The notes under the pieces were generated by a model. That model did no database searches and was not told where the DNA came from. It saw nothing but the letters and a program-made list of their open reading frames with translations. Positions 24,474 through 37,309 of a stretch of DNA of 64,000 nucleotides are shown piece by piece. The first letter of the stretch is position 1. Every line of letters begins with the position of its first letter. The stretch spans positions 184,016,001-184,080,000 of the forward strand of contig CM059426.1 of assembly GCA_030390025.1 (NCBI GenBank), read 5' to 3'. This stretch comes from Squalus acanthias (taxonomy: Eukaryota). Both the position numbers and the translations under genes were made by a program.

Positions 24474-27400
24474 GCGGATGCTGTAAATCTGAAATAAAAG
24501 CATAAAATGCTGGAAATGTCGTTAACTGGAGGAGCTCGAGCTCCAGGTTTCAGAGCTTGAGCAGCAGTGGCGTCACTGTGGTGCATCTGTGAGGCTGAGA
24601 GCTACGTGGATAGCACATTACAGGAGGTGGTAACCCCGCAGCTTAAGAGTGTGCAGGCAGAGAGTGAATGGGTGACCGCCAGGCAGACAAGGAGGACCAG
24701 GCAGGTAGTGCAGGAGTCCCCTGAGTGCATCTCACTCTCTAAATCAGTTCTAAATACTGGTGAGGGCGATGGTTCCTCTGGGGAGTGCAGCCAGAGCCAA
24801 GTCCACGGCACCATGGGTGGCTCAGCTGTACGGGGGGGTGGGGAAGCAGTGAAGGAAGATCAGGAAAGCAATAATGATAGAGGATTCAATAGTTAGGGGA
24901 ACAGACAGGCGTTTCTGTGGCCGCAGACGTGATTCCAGGATGGTATGTTGCCTCCCCGATGCCAGGGTCAAGGATGTCACTGAGTGGCTGCAGAACATTC
25001 CGAGGGCGGAGGGTGAACAGCCAGAGGCCGTGGTCCATATCGGTATCAATGACAGGTAAAAAGAGGGATGAGGTCCTGCAGGCAGATTTTAGGGAGCTAG
25101 GAAAGAGATTAATAAGCAGGACCTCAAAGGTAGTAATCTCTGGCTTGCTCCTGGTGCCACGAGCTAGTGAGTATAGAAATAGAAGGATAGAGTAGATGAA
25201 TGCGTGGCTGGAGAGATGGTGCAGGAGGGAGGGCTTTAGATTCCTGCGACATTGGCACCGGTTCTGGGGAAGGTGGGACCTGTACAGGCCGAATGGGTTG
25301 CACCTCAACAGAGCCGGGACCAATGTCCTCCTGACGGGGTAGAGGGGGGCATTTGCTAGTGATGGGGAGGGTTTAAACTAATTTGGCAGAGGGATGGACA
25401 CCAGGTTGTAGCATTAGAAAGGAGAAACAAGGTGCACAAAGGATTGGGAGAGACAGATAGCACTAGAGTAAGAAATGGTATGGGATGAGGTGGGGTCAGA
25501 CTAAGAGAGAATACAAGAAGGTCTAAGATAGGTTTACAGTGCATGTGTGTAAACGCACAAAGCGTGGTAAATAAGGTTGGTGAGCTGCAGGCGCAAATAG
25601 CCACATGGGAATATGATGTTGTGGCGATAACGGAGACCTGGCTCAAAAAAAGGCGGGATTGCGTACTAGATATTCCTGGATATAAGGTGTTCAGGAAAGA
25701 AAGGAGGTGGGGTGGCAGTATTAATTAAGGAGAATATTACAGTGCTGGAGAGAGAGAGGATGTCCTGGAGGGGTCAAGGACAGAATCTATTTGTTCGAGT
25801 TAAGAAACAATAGAGGTGCCATTACACTACTAGGTGTATGCTATAGGCCACCAACTAGTGGGAAGGATAGAGGAGCAAATTTGCAGGGAAATTACAGAGA
25901 GATGCAAGAACTATAGAGTAGTGAGAATGGGAGACTTCAATTATCCTAATATAGACTGGGATAGTAATAGTGTAAAGGGCAGAGAGGGAGAAGAATTTCT
26001 GAATAGTGTTCAGGAGAACTTCCTTGATCAGTTGTTTCCGGCCCAATGAGGAAGGAGATATTGCTGGATCTGGTTCTGGGGACTGAGGAAGGTCAAGTGG
26101 AGCAAGTGTCAGTAGGGGAACATTTAGCGAACACTGATCACAGTATCATAAGGTTTAGATGAGCTATGGAAAAGGACAGGGAGCAATCTAGAGTAAAAAT
26201 ACTTAATTGGAGGAGGGCCAATTTCAGTGGGTTGAGAACGGATCTGGTCCGGGTAAATTGGAATCAAAGATTGGCAGGCAAAACTGTAATCGAACAATGG
26301 GCTGCCTTTAAAGAGGAGATGGTTCGGGTGCAGTTGAGGTACATTCCCACGAGGGGGAAATGTAAGGCAACCAAAGCAGAGCTCCCTGGATGACGAAAGA
26401 GATAGAGAGTAAGATGAAGCAGAAAAAGGGGGCGTATGACAGATGTCAGGTTGAGAATACAAGTGAGAACCAGGTTGAATATAGAAAGTTCAGAGGCGAA
26501 GTGAAAAAGGAAATAAGAGGGGCAAAGAGTGAGTATGAGAATAGACTGGCAGCTAATATAAAAGGGAATCCAAAAGTCTTCTATTGGCATATAAATAGTA
26601 AACAGGTAGTAAGAGGAGGGGTGTGGCTGATTAGGGACCAAAATGGAGACCTACACATGGAGGCAGAGGGCATGGCTGAGGTACTAAATGAGTACTTTGC
26701 ATCTGTCTTTACCAAGGAAGTAGATGCTGCCAATGTCATAGTGAAAGAGGAGGTAGTTGAGATACTGGATGGGCTACAAATTGATAAAGAGGAGGTACTA
26801 GAAAGGCTGGCTGTACTTAAAGTAGACAAGTCACCAGGCCGGGATGGGATGCATCCTAGGATGCTGATGGAAGTAAAGGTGGAAATTGTGGAGGTACTGG
26901 CCAGGCCATGATCTTCCAATCCTCCTTAGATACGGGGCTGGTGCCAGAGGACTGGAGAATTGCAAATGTTTCACCTTTGTTCAAAAAAGGGTGCAAGGAT
27001 AAACCCAGCAACTACAGGCCAGTCAGTTTAACCTCGGTGGTGGGGAAGCTTTTAGAAACGGTAATCCGGAACAAAATTAGCAGTCACTTGGACAAGTGTG
27101 GATTAATTAAGGAAAGCCAGCACGGATTCGTTAAAGGTAAATTGTGTTTAACTAACTTGATTGAGTTTTTTGATGAGGTAACAGAGAGGGTTGTTGAGGG
27201 CAATGCAGTTGATGTGGTGTACATGGACTTCCAAAAGGCGTTTGATAAAGTGCCACATAATAGGCTTTGCAGCAAAGTTGAAGCCTATGGAATAAAAGGG
27301 ACAGTGGCAGCATGGATACGAAATTGGCTAAGTGACAGGAAACAGAGAGTACTGGTGAACAGTTGTTTTTCGGACTGGAGGAAGGTATACAGTTGTGTTC

Positions 27401-28467
27401 CCCAGGGGTCGGTACTAGGACCACTGCTTTTCGTGATATATATTAATGACTTGGACTTGGGTGTTTCGGGCACAATTTCAAAGTTTGCAGGTGACAAAAC
27501 TTGGAAGTATAGTGAACAGTGAGGAGGATAGTGATAGACATCAAGAGGACATAGATAGGCTGGTGGAATGGGCGGACACATGGCAGAAATTTAATGCAGA
27601 AAAGTGCGAAGTGATACATTTTGATTGGACGAACGAGGAGAGGCAATATAAACTAAAGGGTACAATTCTTAAGGGGGTGCATGAACAGTGACACCTGGGA
27701 GTATATGTGCACAAATTATTGAAGGTGGCAGGGCAAGTTGAGAAAGCGGTTAAAAAAGCATACAGGATCCTGGGCTTTATAAATAGAGGCATAGAGTACA
27801 AAAGCAAGGAAGTTATGATGAACCTTTATAAAACACTGGTTTGACCTCAACTGGAGTATTGCGTCCAATTCTGGGCATCGCACTTTAGGAAGGATGTGAA
27901 GGTCTTAGAGAGAGTGCAGACAAGATTTACAAGAATGGTTCCAGGGATGAGGGACTTTAGTTACATGGATAGAGCAGAGAAGGTTGAGAAGAGATTTAAT
28001 CGAGGTGTTGAAAATCATGGGCCTAGACAGAGTAGATAGAGAGAAACTGTTCCCATTGGCAGAAGGGTTGAGAACCAGAGGACACAGATTTAAGGTGATT
28101 GGCAGAAGAACCAAAGGCGAGATGAGGAAAACTATTTTACGTAGTGAGTGGTTATGATCTGGAATGCAGTGCCCGAAAGGGTGGTGGAGGCAGATTCAAT
28201 TGTGGCTTCCAAAAGGGAATTGGATAAGTACCTGAAGGAAAAAAATTTGCAGGGCTACGGGGAAAGGACGGGGGAGTGGGACTAGCTGAAGTGCTCTTGC
28301 AGAGAGCCAGCACGGGCTCAATGGGCTGAATGGCCTCCTGTATTGTAACCATTCTATGATTCTATGAAATACTCAGCAGGTCAGGCAGCATCTTGACCTG
28401 AGACGTGAACTCTGTTTCTCTCTCCATGGATGCTGCCGGACCTGCTGAGTATTTCCAGCATTTTCTG
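24474..28467. mobile_element. Penelope-like inverted pLTR fragment (24474-24517 + 28366-28467) split by the CR1
   Basis: Rejoined, AAAATGCTGGAAATACTCAGCAGGTCAGGCAGCATC pairs with GATGCTGCCGGACCTGCTGAGTATTTCCAGCATTTT; related to 49580-49630. Confidence 0.65.
24518..28365 (+). mobile_element. Near full-length CR1 (partial ORF1 + ORF2, multiple frameshifts/stops)
   Basis: Esterase ORF1, EN (CVNAQSVVNK, GDFN) and RT motifs; ATTCTATGATTCTAT tail; TSD GAAAT at 24513-24517 and 28366-28370. Confidence 0.95.
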
Positions 28468-29441
28468 TCTTCTCAGAGGCCTTCCTTTATCATCTGAGGA
28501 CTTGCAAGCGTCCAGCAGCACTTACTGCACACTTAAAACACTTTTAACATGCATTGCACCAAGCCACTACTTCAATACAATATAAAAAATCGCGTCCAGA
28601 AGCTTAACTACAAACTTACCTGAAAGATGTGTGTGTCCCTTTAAGAAGCGCTGACAGTGTCTCTGACAGTCTGTTGCATGCTCGTTTTTCAGAACGAGCT
28701 TAGGACCTAACGCTAAACTCAGTGCTCAGGTCCAAGTGACGTTACACTTTCCATATTTGCATCTCCAGGCCCAGTGCTGCTATCGGCTGTGCCAAGGCGC
28801 TCACCAAAATGGCGGCCGCCGAGTCCCGCGCCAGAGAAGGGCGTTAGAGTGGTGGCCGCCATTTTTTCCAGGATTGCGGCGGTAACACGTGGTGGTAAGT
28901 AGCGCAATTTCTGGGCCATTCAGTTAAATGCCTGAGCTGACCCAGCTGTCCACATGACACTGAGAATGTGGCTCCAAGTGCTTTCTGCAACACTATATTT
29001 TGCACCTTCCTCAGTTGACATCAATTGCTTTGCTGCTTCCACTTTTTAAATGATCAGAAAAAAACTTTCTGCACAAAGTTCAAATAAAAATGTATTCACC
29101 TGCATTGTGTCACATGTCAGTGATAATGCCTTTTCCCACAGTGCCTCCCCTTATTATTAATGTATTGTGTACGACTTCTAATTCTTAACCTACAAAGCCT
29201 TCTAAATGAATCCCTAGTAGAAGGAGTAAGTTTGTGGGCTACTTTCAAGACTTCAGTGGGGTTTGATTGGGATTAGGTACCCTAAACCTGTTTGTTTCGG
29301 TTCCTGAAATGGCACTGAAACTGATCCCCCGTGTAGGCTGCTGCTGTGGCTGGCTTATTTTGCCCATCTGCTAGCACATCTACAACAGTCAATTTGGTAA
29401 GGGGAGCGAGATTGGCTGAATGTGTTGTCGGCTTAAGAGAT

Positions 29442-29556
29442 CATGATGCGGAGATGCCGGTGTTGGACTGGGGTGGACAAAAATGAGAAGTCGCACAACA
29501 CCAGGTTATAGTCCAACAGTTTTATTTAAAATTATGAGCTTTCGGAGCTCCGCTCC
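29442..29556 (-). mobile_element. Solo Penelope pLTR fragment with half a hammerhead (stem II + GAAAGCT)
   Basis: Matches 23125-23200 and 54061-54132; 11-bp TSD GCTTAAGAGAT at 29431-29441 and 29557-29567. Confidence 0.85.
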
Positions 29557-31340
29557 GCTTAAGAGATAGTAGCCTCGTCCATCCTTTCTCTAGCCACATG
29601 GTAAATGGAATGTTCCGCCCTGACTGCACAGATGTGGCTCGCGGGCTCCTCCTCCACACTCCCAGCCAGATCCTGCAGGGTATTTTGGTCTGACTCAAGT
29701 GACTCCTGTGGACAATCTTGCTCTGACAGCAATGTATTTTTTGAAGAAGGTCCTGATGTCCAAATACCTAGGCCCGGCAGCTGTGGATGGAAGAAAGCTT
29801 GCTGTTTGGCCAGCGCTTCCTGCTGTTTAACTGGCACCACCACTTGTTCTTCCATGTGCAATGGGACTGACCTGGTGTGACTTCCTCAAGCTCGCTATCT
29901 GCTTTCTCTGGAGTGGGTGTCGTTGTGCTTACGCTTGTGATAGTTGCCGATAATGACATGGTGATGTGACGTGTTGCTGGCATTGCTGCTAGGCTGTGAA
30001 TAGAGGGGAAAGTTTTAACAAGTAGGATAGTACTTGTCCTGAGTTTGGAGAAGGCCTCCAACTTTACGCTCTCCTGCTCTCTCTCTCCTTGCACAGCTTG
30101 TGATGTCCTGTGTGGTCTCTTTTAAAGGAAGTCAAGAGTTCTGACATATATGGGGCCTTACCCATTTGGGTCTGCTCCTTTCTGTTATGTACCACCTTAA
30201 TTCTGCAAATGGAGAATTAGGCTTGAGAGTTGCAAGTTTAAAGAGCAAATACAGTGGCACACATGACTATCCTGTAGCCCATTCTTTCTGTGATTAAATG
30301 AGCATGCATCATGCCAATTGGGTGTGTGCACCCTCTAACATATCAGTGTAATAACAGTTTCAGTTGTAAATTGCAGGTTGAATTTGTGCTGTGCTGCAGT
30401 GTGCTGTGCATGGGAAGCATTAAGTGTTGAGGTTGTATGAGTGTTTACCACAAGGCCAGAATAAGATAAACAGTTTATGAGGAAAGAGTTTGTTTCATGC
30501 TTGCTTGGGGGCAGCTATAGGAAACTGTAGAGTAACCTTACTTGGCAGCTTTCCTTCGGCCTGTCAGCTTCCTCAGTAACAGCCAGGTTGACTAGGTGTT
30601 GCTGTCAGCCAAGTATTTTGGATCACCTTTTTTCAGTGTGAAGAAGGCAGTCTTTCTTAGCCTCACTTCAGGCAGTAAGATTTAAAGGGCAACATCTGTG
30701 AAGCTGGGCATGAACCCTGGATTTCACAGGAATTATGCAGCTTTAATCCCCTTCCTTAGCCCTTTAAAGTTTGTATCAGTTTTGCGAGCACGCCCTCAGA
30801 AAGCAGGCAGGAGGTCAGATTTCAGGCAGAAGCATCACTGTAAAAAAAAAAGTCTGTTGGATCTCTTGCATCCACCTGAATTGAGCCTCGATAAGGATTG
30901 TAATGAAGCGAGGAGCTGGAGAATGGAGAATCTAGAAATGCTGCCTTTTGAAAGATATTGATGTCTAACACAATAGACTTTTAATGGAAAAAGAAAGTGA
31001 CGTTTTGATTTTTAACAGAACCAGTCATCACTTCTCCAAAAGTTTCCTTAGTAGTCACTCTCCCACATCCAAATCCTTCGCTCCCAAATCCCAGTTCAAA
31101 GATGCACTCTACCCTTTCTGGACCTAGGGCATAAAGATACTGCAACCCTCCCAGTTTATCCGGCACTCTTCTCCCTCCCACTCAGTTCAAGTTGACACTC
31201 TTCTTCCACAATCCCATTCAACCTGGCACTATTCTTCCCCTCTTTCAAACTGGCATTGTTTTTTTGTTCATGTTGTCACGCTTTCCCTCCCTCAGATCAA
31301 GGTTCATAATGGCATTCTTCTCTCTTCCTTCCTCCCCCCT

Positions 31341-32168
31341 CAGTTAATGCTGGCCATCTCCCCTCTCAGCTCCCTTTCAGTTAATGCTGACCATCTCCCC
31401 TCTCAGCTCCCTTTCAGTTAATGGTGACCATCTCCCCTCTCAGCTCCCTCTCAGTTAATGCTGGCCATCTCCCCTCTCAGCTCCCTTTCAGTTAATGGTG
31501 ACCATCTCCCCTCTCAGCTCCCTTTCAGTTAATGCTGGCCATCTCCCCTCTCAGCTCCCTCTCAGTTAATGCTGGCCATCTCCCCTCTCAGCTCCCTTTC
31601 AGTTAATGGTGACCATCTCCCCTCTCAGCTCCCTTTCAGTTAATGCTGGCCATCTCCCCTCTCAGCTTCCTTTCAGTTAATGCTGGCCATCTCCCCTCTC
31701 AGCTCCCTTTCAGTTAATGCTGGCCATCTCCCCTCTCAGCTCCCTCTCAGTTAATGCTGGCCATCTCCCCTCTCAGCTCCCTTTCAGTTAATGGTGACCA
31801 TCTCCCCTCTCAGCTCCCTCTCAGTTAATGCTGGCCATCTCCCCTCTCAGCTCCCTTTCAGTTAATGCTGACCATCTCCCCTCTCAGCTCCCTCTCAGTT
31901 AATGCTGGCCATCTCCCCTCTCAGCTCCCTTTCAGTTAATGCTGGCCATCTCCCCTCTCAGCTCCCTTTCAGTTAATGCTGACCATCTCCCCTCTCCGCT
32001 CCCTCTCAGTTAATGCTGGCCATCTCCCCTCTCAGCTCCCTTTCAGTTAATGCTGACCATCTCCCCTCTCAGCTCCCTTTCAGTTAATGCTGGCCATCTC
32101 CCCTCTCAGCTCCCTTTCAGTTAATGCTGGCCATCTCCCGTCTCCGTTCCCTTTCAGTTAATGGTGAC
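31341..32168. repeat. 37-bp minisatellite, ~22 copies
   Basis: Unit CAGTTAATGCTGGCCATCTCCCCTCTCAGCTCCCTTT; contiguous, no spacers. Confidence 0.97.
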
Positions 32169-32208
32169 ACACTACTACTTCCCTCGAAATGCCTCTTCCA
32201 GGTTTGGC

Positions 32209-32600
32209 TTTTTTTTATTGTGGGCATCGCTGGCAAGGCCAGCATTTATTGCCCATCCCTAATTGCCCTCGAGAAGGTGGTGGTGAGCCACCTTCTTGAA
32301 CCGCAGAGGGCAGTTAAGAGTCAACCACATTGCTGTGGGTCTGGAGTCACATATAGGCCAGAACGGGTAAGGACGGCAGATTTCCTTCCCGAAAGGACAT
32401 TAGTGAACCAGATGGGTTTTTATGATGGTAGATTCATGGTCACCATTACTGATGCTAGCTTTTTATTCCAAATTTATTTAATTAACTGAATTTAAATTCC
32501 CCAGCTGCCGTGGTGGGATTTGAACTCATGTCTCCAGATCATTAGTCCAGGGCCTCTGGATTACTAGTCGAGTAACATAACTACTATGCTACCGTGCCCC
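32209..32600 (-). mobile_element. tRNA-headed SINE whose body and tail match both ends of the LINE at 57534-60670
   Basis: Reverse strand: A box TAGCATAGTAG, B box GAGTTCAAATCC. Body matches 57534-57690; tail matches ~60565-60665. Confidence 0.85.
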
Positions 32601-33564
32601 TTCTCACATACCCAAAGTACTGCTTCCAGGTTCTGCCCCCTCTCATCTCCTCTTCATTGCCATCCATTCCTCCTTCCCTCTTTCCTTCTTTATCATCAAT
32701 TTTCCACCCTTCCTTCTCCCCTGAGCAGAAGAGATTTTGCCTGCTCCATACTGTAAGTGGGAATTCCTGTTCTCATGAGAATTCCTGTCTATTTCTGGAA
32801 ATTCTTCCATGGGCAGTAGGACTCCAAGTGTGGCACTGAGGGAAAAAGGGCCCGGTTTGCACTGATTGCATACAGACCAGGCGCCCAAAACACTGTCAGT
32901 GTGAAATAATGATTGTTGGCATGGATGAAGTTAAGGCACCTGTGGATTACTGGTTGAACTGAATCTGCTGATGCAATTTAGCTCTCTTGCACTGTCAGAT
33001 TGAGTAACTCTTCTAAGCTAGTTCCCAGATGATGTGTACTCAAATGCTCATCCGCACTCACTGTTTTAAACTAAAAATATTGGGGAAAAAATGGCAAAAG
33101 ACAGAGAAGGATGTTAATCATCATTCTTTTGAATGGTTTTATTTTCAGAAAGGTGCTATTTAAATAGCAATTTAATGACTTCTTTATCTACAAATGTTAA
33201 TTGGTTAATTGTTCACACAGAATTCATTTAAATGGGTCATGTTATTAAAAGGAGAAATCTTGTCTGTACATCTGTATTTTAGATAGATAAACAATTGCTT
33301 ATTCTTGCTCTAGCTGAAATTTTTACAACAGGGTTTTTGTTTTATGGGGTTGGGCGGGCACGGTATATTGAAATTGACCACTCCTAGCATGCTTAGTCAT
33401 TGATCAAAATTAGAGGGATATAGTGAAGAAACAGACACATTCTTTATAGGACTATTCCAAATATACTAATGGAGTGACACTGTGATGTGTAATTTAATTT
33501 TCCACCAAGAGGAGGGCACCACTAAAATAACTGATGCACCCAAACTAAAATTGTAATGTATCAT

Positions 33565-34495
33565 CGAATCATAGAAATTTACGGCACAGAAGGAGGCCAT
33601 CCGGCCCATCTTGTCCACGCTGGCCGACAAAGAGCTGTCCACCCTAATCCCACTTTCCAGCACTTGGTCCGTAGTCTTGTAGGTTACGGCACTTCAAGTG
33701 TATATTCAAGTACTTTTTAAATGTGGTGAGGGTTTCTGCCTCTACCACCCTTTCAGGCAGTGAGTTCCAGACCCCCACCACCCTCTGGGTGAAAAAATTT
33801 CTCCTCAACTCTCCTCTAAACCTCTGACCAATTACTTTAAATCTATGGCCCCTGGTTATTGACCCTTCTGCTAAGGGAAATAGATCCTTCCTATCCACTC
33901 TATCTAGGCCCCTCATAATTTTATACACCTCCATTAGGTCTCCCCTCAGCCTCCTCTGTTCCAAAGAAATCAACCCCAGCCTATCCAATCTTTCCAGCCC
34001 AGGCAACATCCTCATAAATCTCCACTGCACCCCCTCTAGTGCAATCACATCCTTCCTGTAATGTGGTACCCGAAATTGCACGCAGTATTCTAGCTGCGGC
34101 CTAACCAGTGTTCTATACAGTTCAAGCATATCCTCCCTGCTCCTATATTCTGTGCTTCGGCTAATAAAGGCCAGTATCCCGTATGCCTTCTTAACTACCT
34201 TATCTACCTGTCCTGCTACCTTCAGGGATCTGTGGACATGCACTCCAAGGTCCCTCTGACCTTCTGCACTTCTCAGTGTCCTACCATTTATTGTGTATTC
34301 CCTTGCATTACCTCAAATGTATTACCTAACACTCCTCCAGATTGATTTCCAGTTGCCACTGTTCTGCCCACCTGACTAATCCATTGATATCTTCCTGCAG
34401 TCTGCAGCCGCCTTCTTCATTATCAATTTTTGTATCATCTGCAAACTTCTTAATCATACTTCCTACATTCAAGTCCAAATCATTGATATATACCA
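33565..34495 (-). mobile_element. CR1 3' fragment with internal deletions
   Basis: ORFs 33644-34243 and 34326-34583 (KFADDTK, RPQLEYCVQF); GAATCATAGAA tail. Confidence 0.9.
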
Positions 34496-35299
34496 CACTA
34501 GGCAAGTTGTTGTGTGTTTTATTTTTATTTTTGGGGTGATGGTAACAATGGAGCCTGGCTGGGATTGCTCCTCCAACATTCAATTATTCAGCTTCTGGTC
34601 GACATAACCACTGATTGACTCTTGCCAGTGAGATGTATTTTTGATAATGGGGTGGTTAAACAACATTTAAACAACTTGGATATGACTTTCAAATCAAGTG
34701 GTTTAAACGTTATCATTTGTAAGTGTAATAAAATTGTGTTTTAATTACTTTTGCACTGCAGCATACACAATGGAAAATTATTTATTGTTTCTGTCCAATT
34801 ATTTTCCTATGTTTGGCTAGTATTATAGATTGGTATGACTTGCGGGCGGTATCAAGGCTAGCAACAACTAATTTTTGGAAAACAGTTATCACCAAAGCTC
34901 AGCTCTTTGTCTTGAGGTTGGGTTCCTGTTGAGTCCAGTTAAAGCAGTACATTTGGGAACCTCAACACTTTCCAATGGACAGTATTGTCGAATGTTTAGC
35001 CTCACTGCATATATTTTATCCCCTCTGACCCAAGCAGAAACACAATTAAGGAACAGAGCTGGGCATTATCTTTGTTGGTCAGCCAGTTGTCTGGCATGTG
35101 CAGAAACCCATCACCATCTATTTACCTTAAGTGGAAGTTCGAAAGAGGCAAGGTTTAGGTACCCCATGTGTTCAGAGATGCTGCTGGAATATAACTGGCT
35201 AAAACAGTGGAGCATTCCAGCACAAGGCACTACTTTCTGTTGCTTTAAAAGCCAGGACTACCATAGCCGTTGAGCCATTGGCTTTCAGGGTTATCTGGC

Positions 35300-36030
35300 G
35301 CTGAACGGGATGGCTGGTAAATCATTAGTCATGTCCTGGAGTATGGTGGATGCACATGGTTCAGCTATCAGATTACAGAGTATACCTTGATCTTTTTGAT
35401 CTTTCAATGCAAGACATGTCATTTGGAGACCTCAGTCGCAAGGGAGCTGTTTACATTCCCCTCCGAGGAGGATAGTTGTGTGTTGGTCATTAGACAACTG
35501 ATGAGCACAGATTTGAACCCTCACTAAGCAGACAGCAGGTATCGGGCACTCGTAAGCAGTATGATGACCAGCACAACACACCATAACATGAATGCATCAC
35601 CACCACTCGCCTGACTACAGCATGGATACACACCAAATACCATTGAAAGCTAGTTTCACAGTTGGAGGTGTGGAAGCATCTGCATGCGTCTCTGCAACCC
35701 ACTCACCAAACCCTGAATATTTGATGGCTTATTTTTATTCCTGGCCTCCAGATGCCTTCCAGTTGCTGTTGTCGCAAGTCTAAATTCCCTCATGAGCTAT
35801 AGAAAGGACACCTACCTTCAGCATGGAAGTACCTACACTTGGCAGTTTCTGATGGACCTGCCACCTTGATTTTCCAGATGTTCAAGTTCAATGCTGTGTA
35901 TCAGACTTACCTGTTACCAACTACTTAATCCAGGTCCTCAACTGAGGTCTATATTGTTGATATCCTCTTCATGGTACTTGGGTGAGTGTAGGAGAGACCT
36001 GTCCCTCTCTGCAACTGTTTTCTCCTTTTG
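35300..36030 (-). mobile_element. Highly decayed LINE fragment, possibly RTE-type
   Basis: Minus-strand peptide VLCWSSYCLRVPDT resembles the RTE C-terminal LRWxGHxxRMPD motif; weak. Confidence 0.3.
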
Positions 36031-37309
36031 TCATAAATCCGTCTTGCAGCCAATGTCCCCCGTAAGCTGCACCGCCTCCTGTGCAGCCTGCCTCCCCCAA
36101 TGCGCGGCCCATTCAAGTTTTTGCGTCTTCGCGGTACCTACAATGTAAAAGCCGGTGAGCGGCCTGCGCGGGACCTTGCAGATGACTGCACGGCTGTGCA
36201 GCTTAGCAGGAACATTGCTTGCAGCTTGGTCCTAGATCTTGCACGTGGGCCTAAGGTAGACTTTCCATTGAATCCCCAGGAGTTCTGATTCACGAAGAAC
36301 TGTTTGGACATATGGCTTATATACCACCAGCTTAACCTCCACTGGGACTTTTCTATCATTGAAAAAGGCCAAATAGCCTGCATATCTTTTCACTTGTAGA
36401 ATTGTGTCCAGGCTAAAGTTAGTGTCCAGCAGGGCCAATCTATATCTCTGAAATACCCTCCTGGGCCAAAGCCATAATTCGCAAAGTTGAGCACTTGGCC
36501 CCAGAGGGAGATAATTTAAGGGAAGGGGAATATCTAGTAGAATTGTCATTTTTTTCCTTGGATAATTAAGGGTGTTTTGCTTAGTACATAATTAATTGTG
36601 ATGAATGAACTGGCCCAGTTTAAGTCCATTAGTGTCAAGTTTATTAGAAGACCAAACATTGAATACTAGGGCAGATTTAGTAGCTAGAAATCCACCAGAG
36701 GTAATTAGTAATTTGGAAATGAATTAGCACTTGGAATCTGGTAATCATTGTACAGTTAGGTTTCAGATTGTAATTTAGGTTGAGCTCAGATTTAAAAGAG
36801 ATTGTCTAAGTCTTTGAGGAAAAGAGTTTGAAGCTATCACTGAAACCCTAATCCATACCTTTATCGCTGTAACAAATTCAGGTCTGTTGTAGTGTCCTTC
36901 TCGGGTACAGTGGTGTCAGTTACTCCCGTAAGTGGGCTGAATATCTTAGTTACTGGGGGTGGGTGTAATAATGAAACACACTTGTTATCTGGACTTGATC
37001 ACTGTGTCTCTCACATGTGTATTTCTTCAATCACTATGAAGGGGTAGACCAAGTTAACACTATGCTAACACTATGTTAACACAATGACGCCTGGTCCGAA
37101 TTCCTAAGTGGCTTTATTCCATATTAAGGTAAAACTGTAGAGCAACAGATATGATCGTATGCAGTTAGTTACAATTGATAAAAATGATCTTTGCTGCTAT
37201 GCTATACATCTGGAGCTTCCTCAATATCTTTACGTTGCTGCCTCCATCCGTGACTTCAAAAGCCTCCCGAAGACCCTTCTTTATGACTATGCTTTTGCCT
37301 CCTCTGGAG

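Larger units (their letters stand above)
22740..28917 (+). mobile_element. Deleted Harbinger element (Myb-gene remnant on +, transposase-like acidic tail on -) hosting nested Penelope and CR1 insertions
   Basis: TIRs GTCCTAGAAATTG / GGCCCAGAAATTG (rc); TSD ATT at 22737-22739 and 28918-28920. Myb-like MAQQPREGTPRISH..WDHITEAV..WLQCPKKL at 23312-23535. Confidence 0.75.

Noticed and set aside
31341-32168. 37-bp repeats of CRISPR-like length
   Set aside because: Units are contiguous with no unique spacers, there are no cas genes, and the context is eukaryotic; it is a minisatellite.
32505-32600. tRNA gene
   Set aside because: A and B boxes are present but with an extended spacer, no cloverleaf, and a SINE body follows. 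The same applies to 4830-4896.
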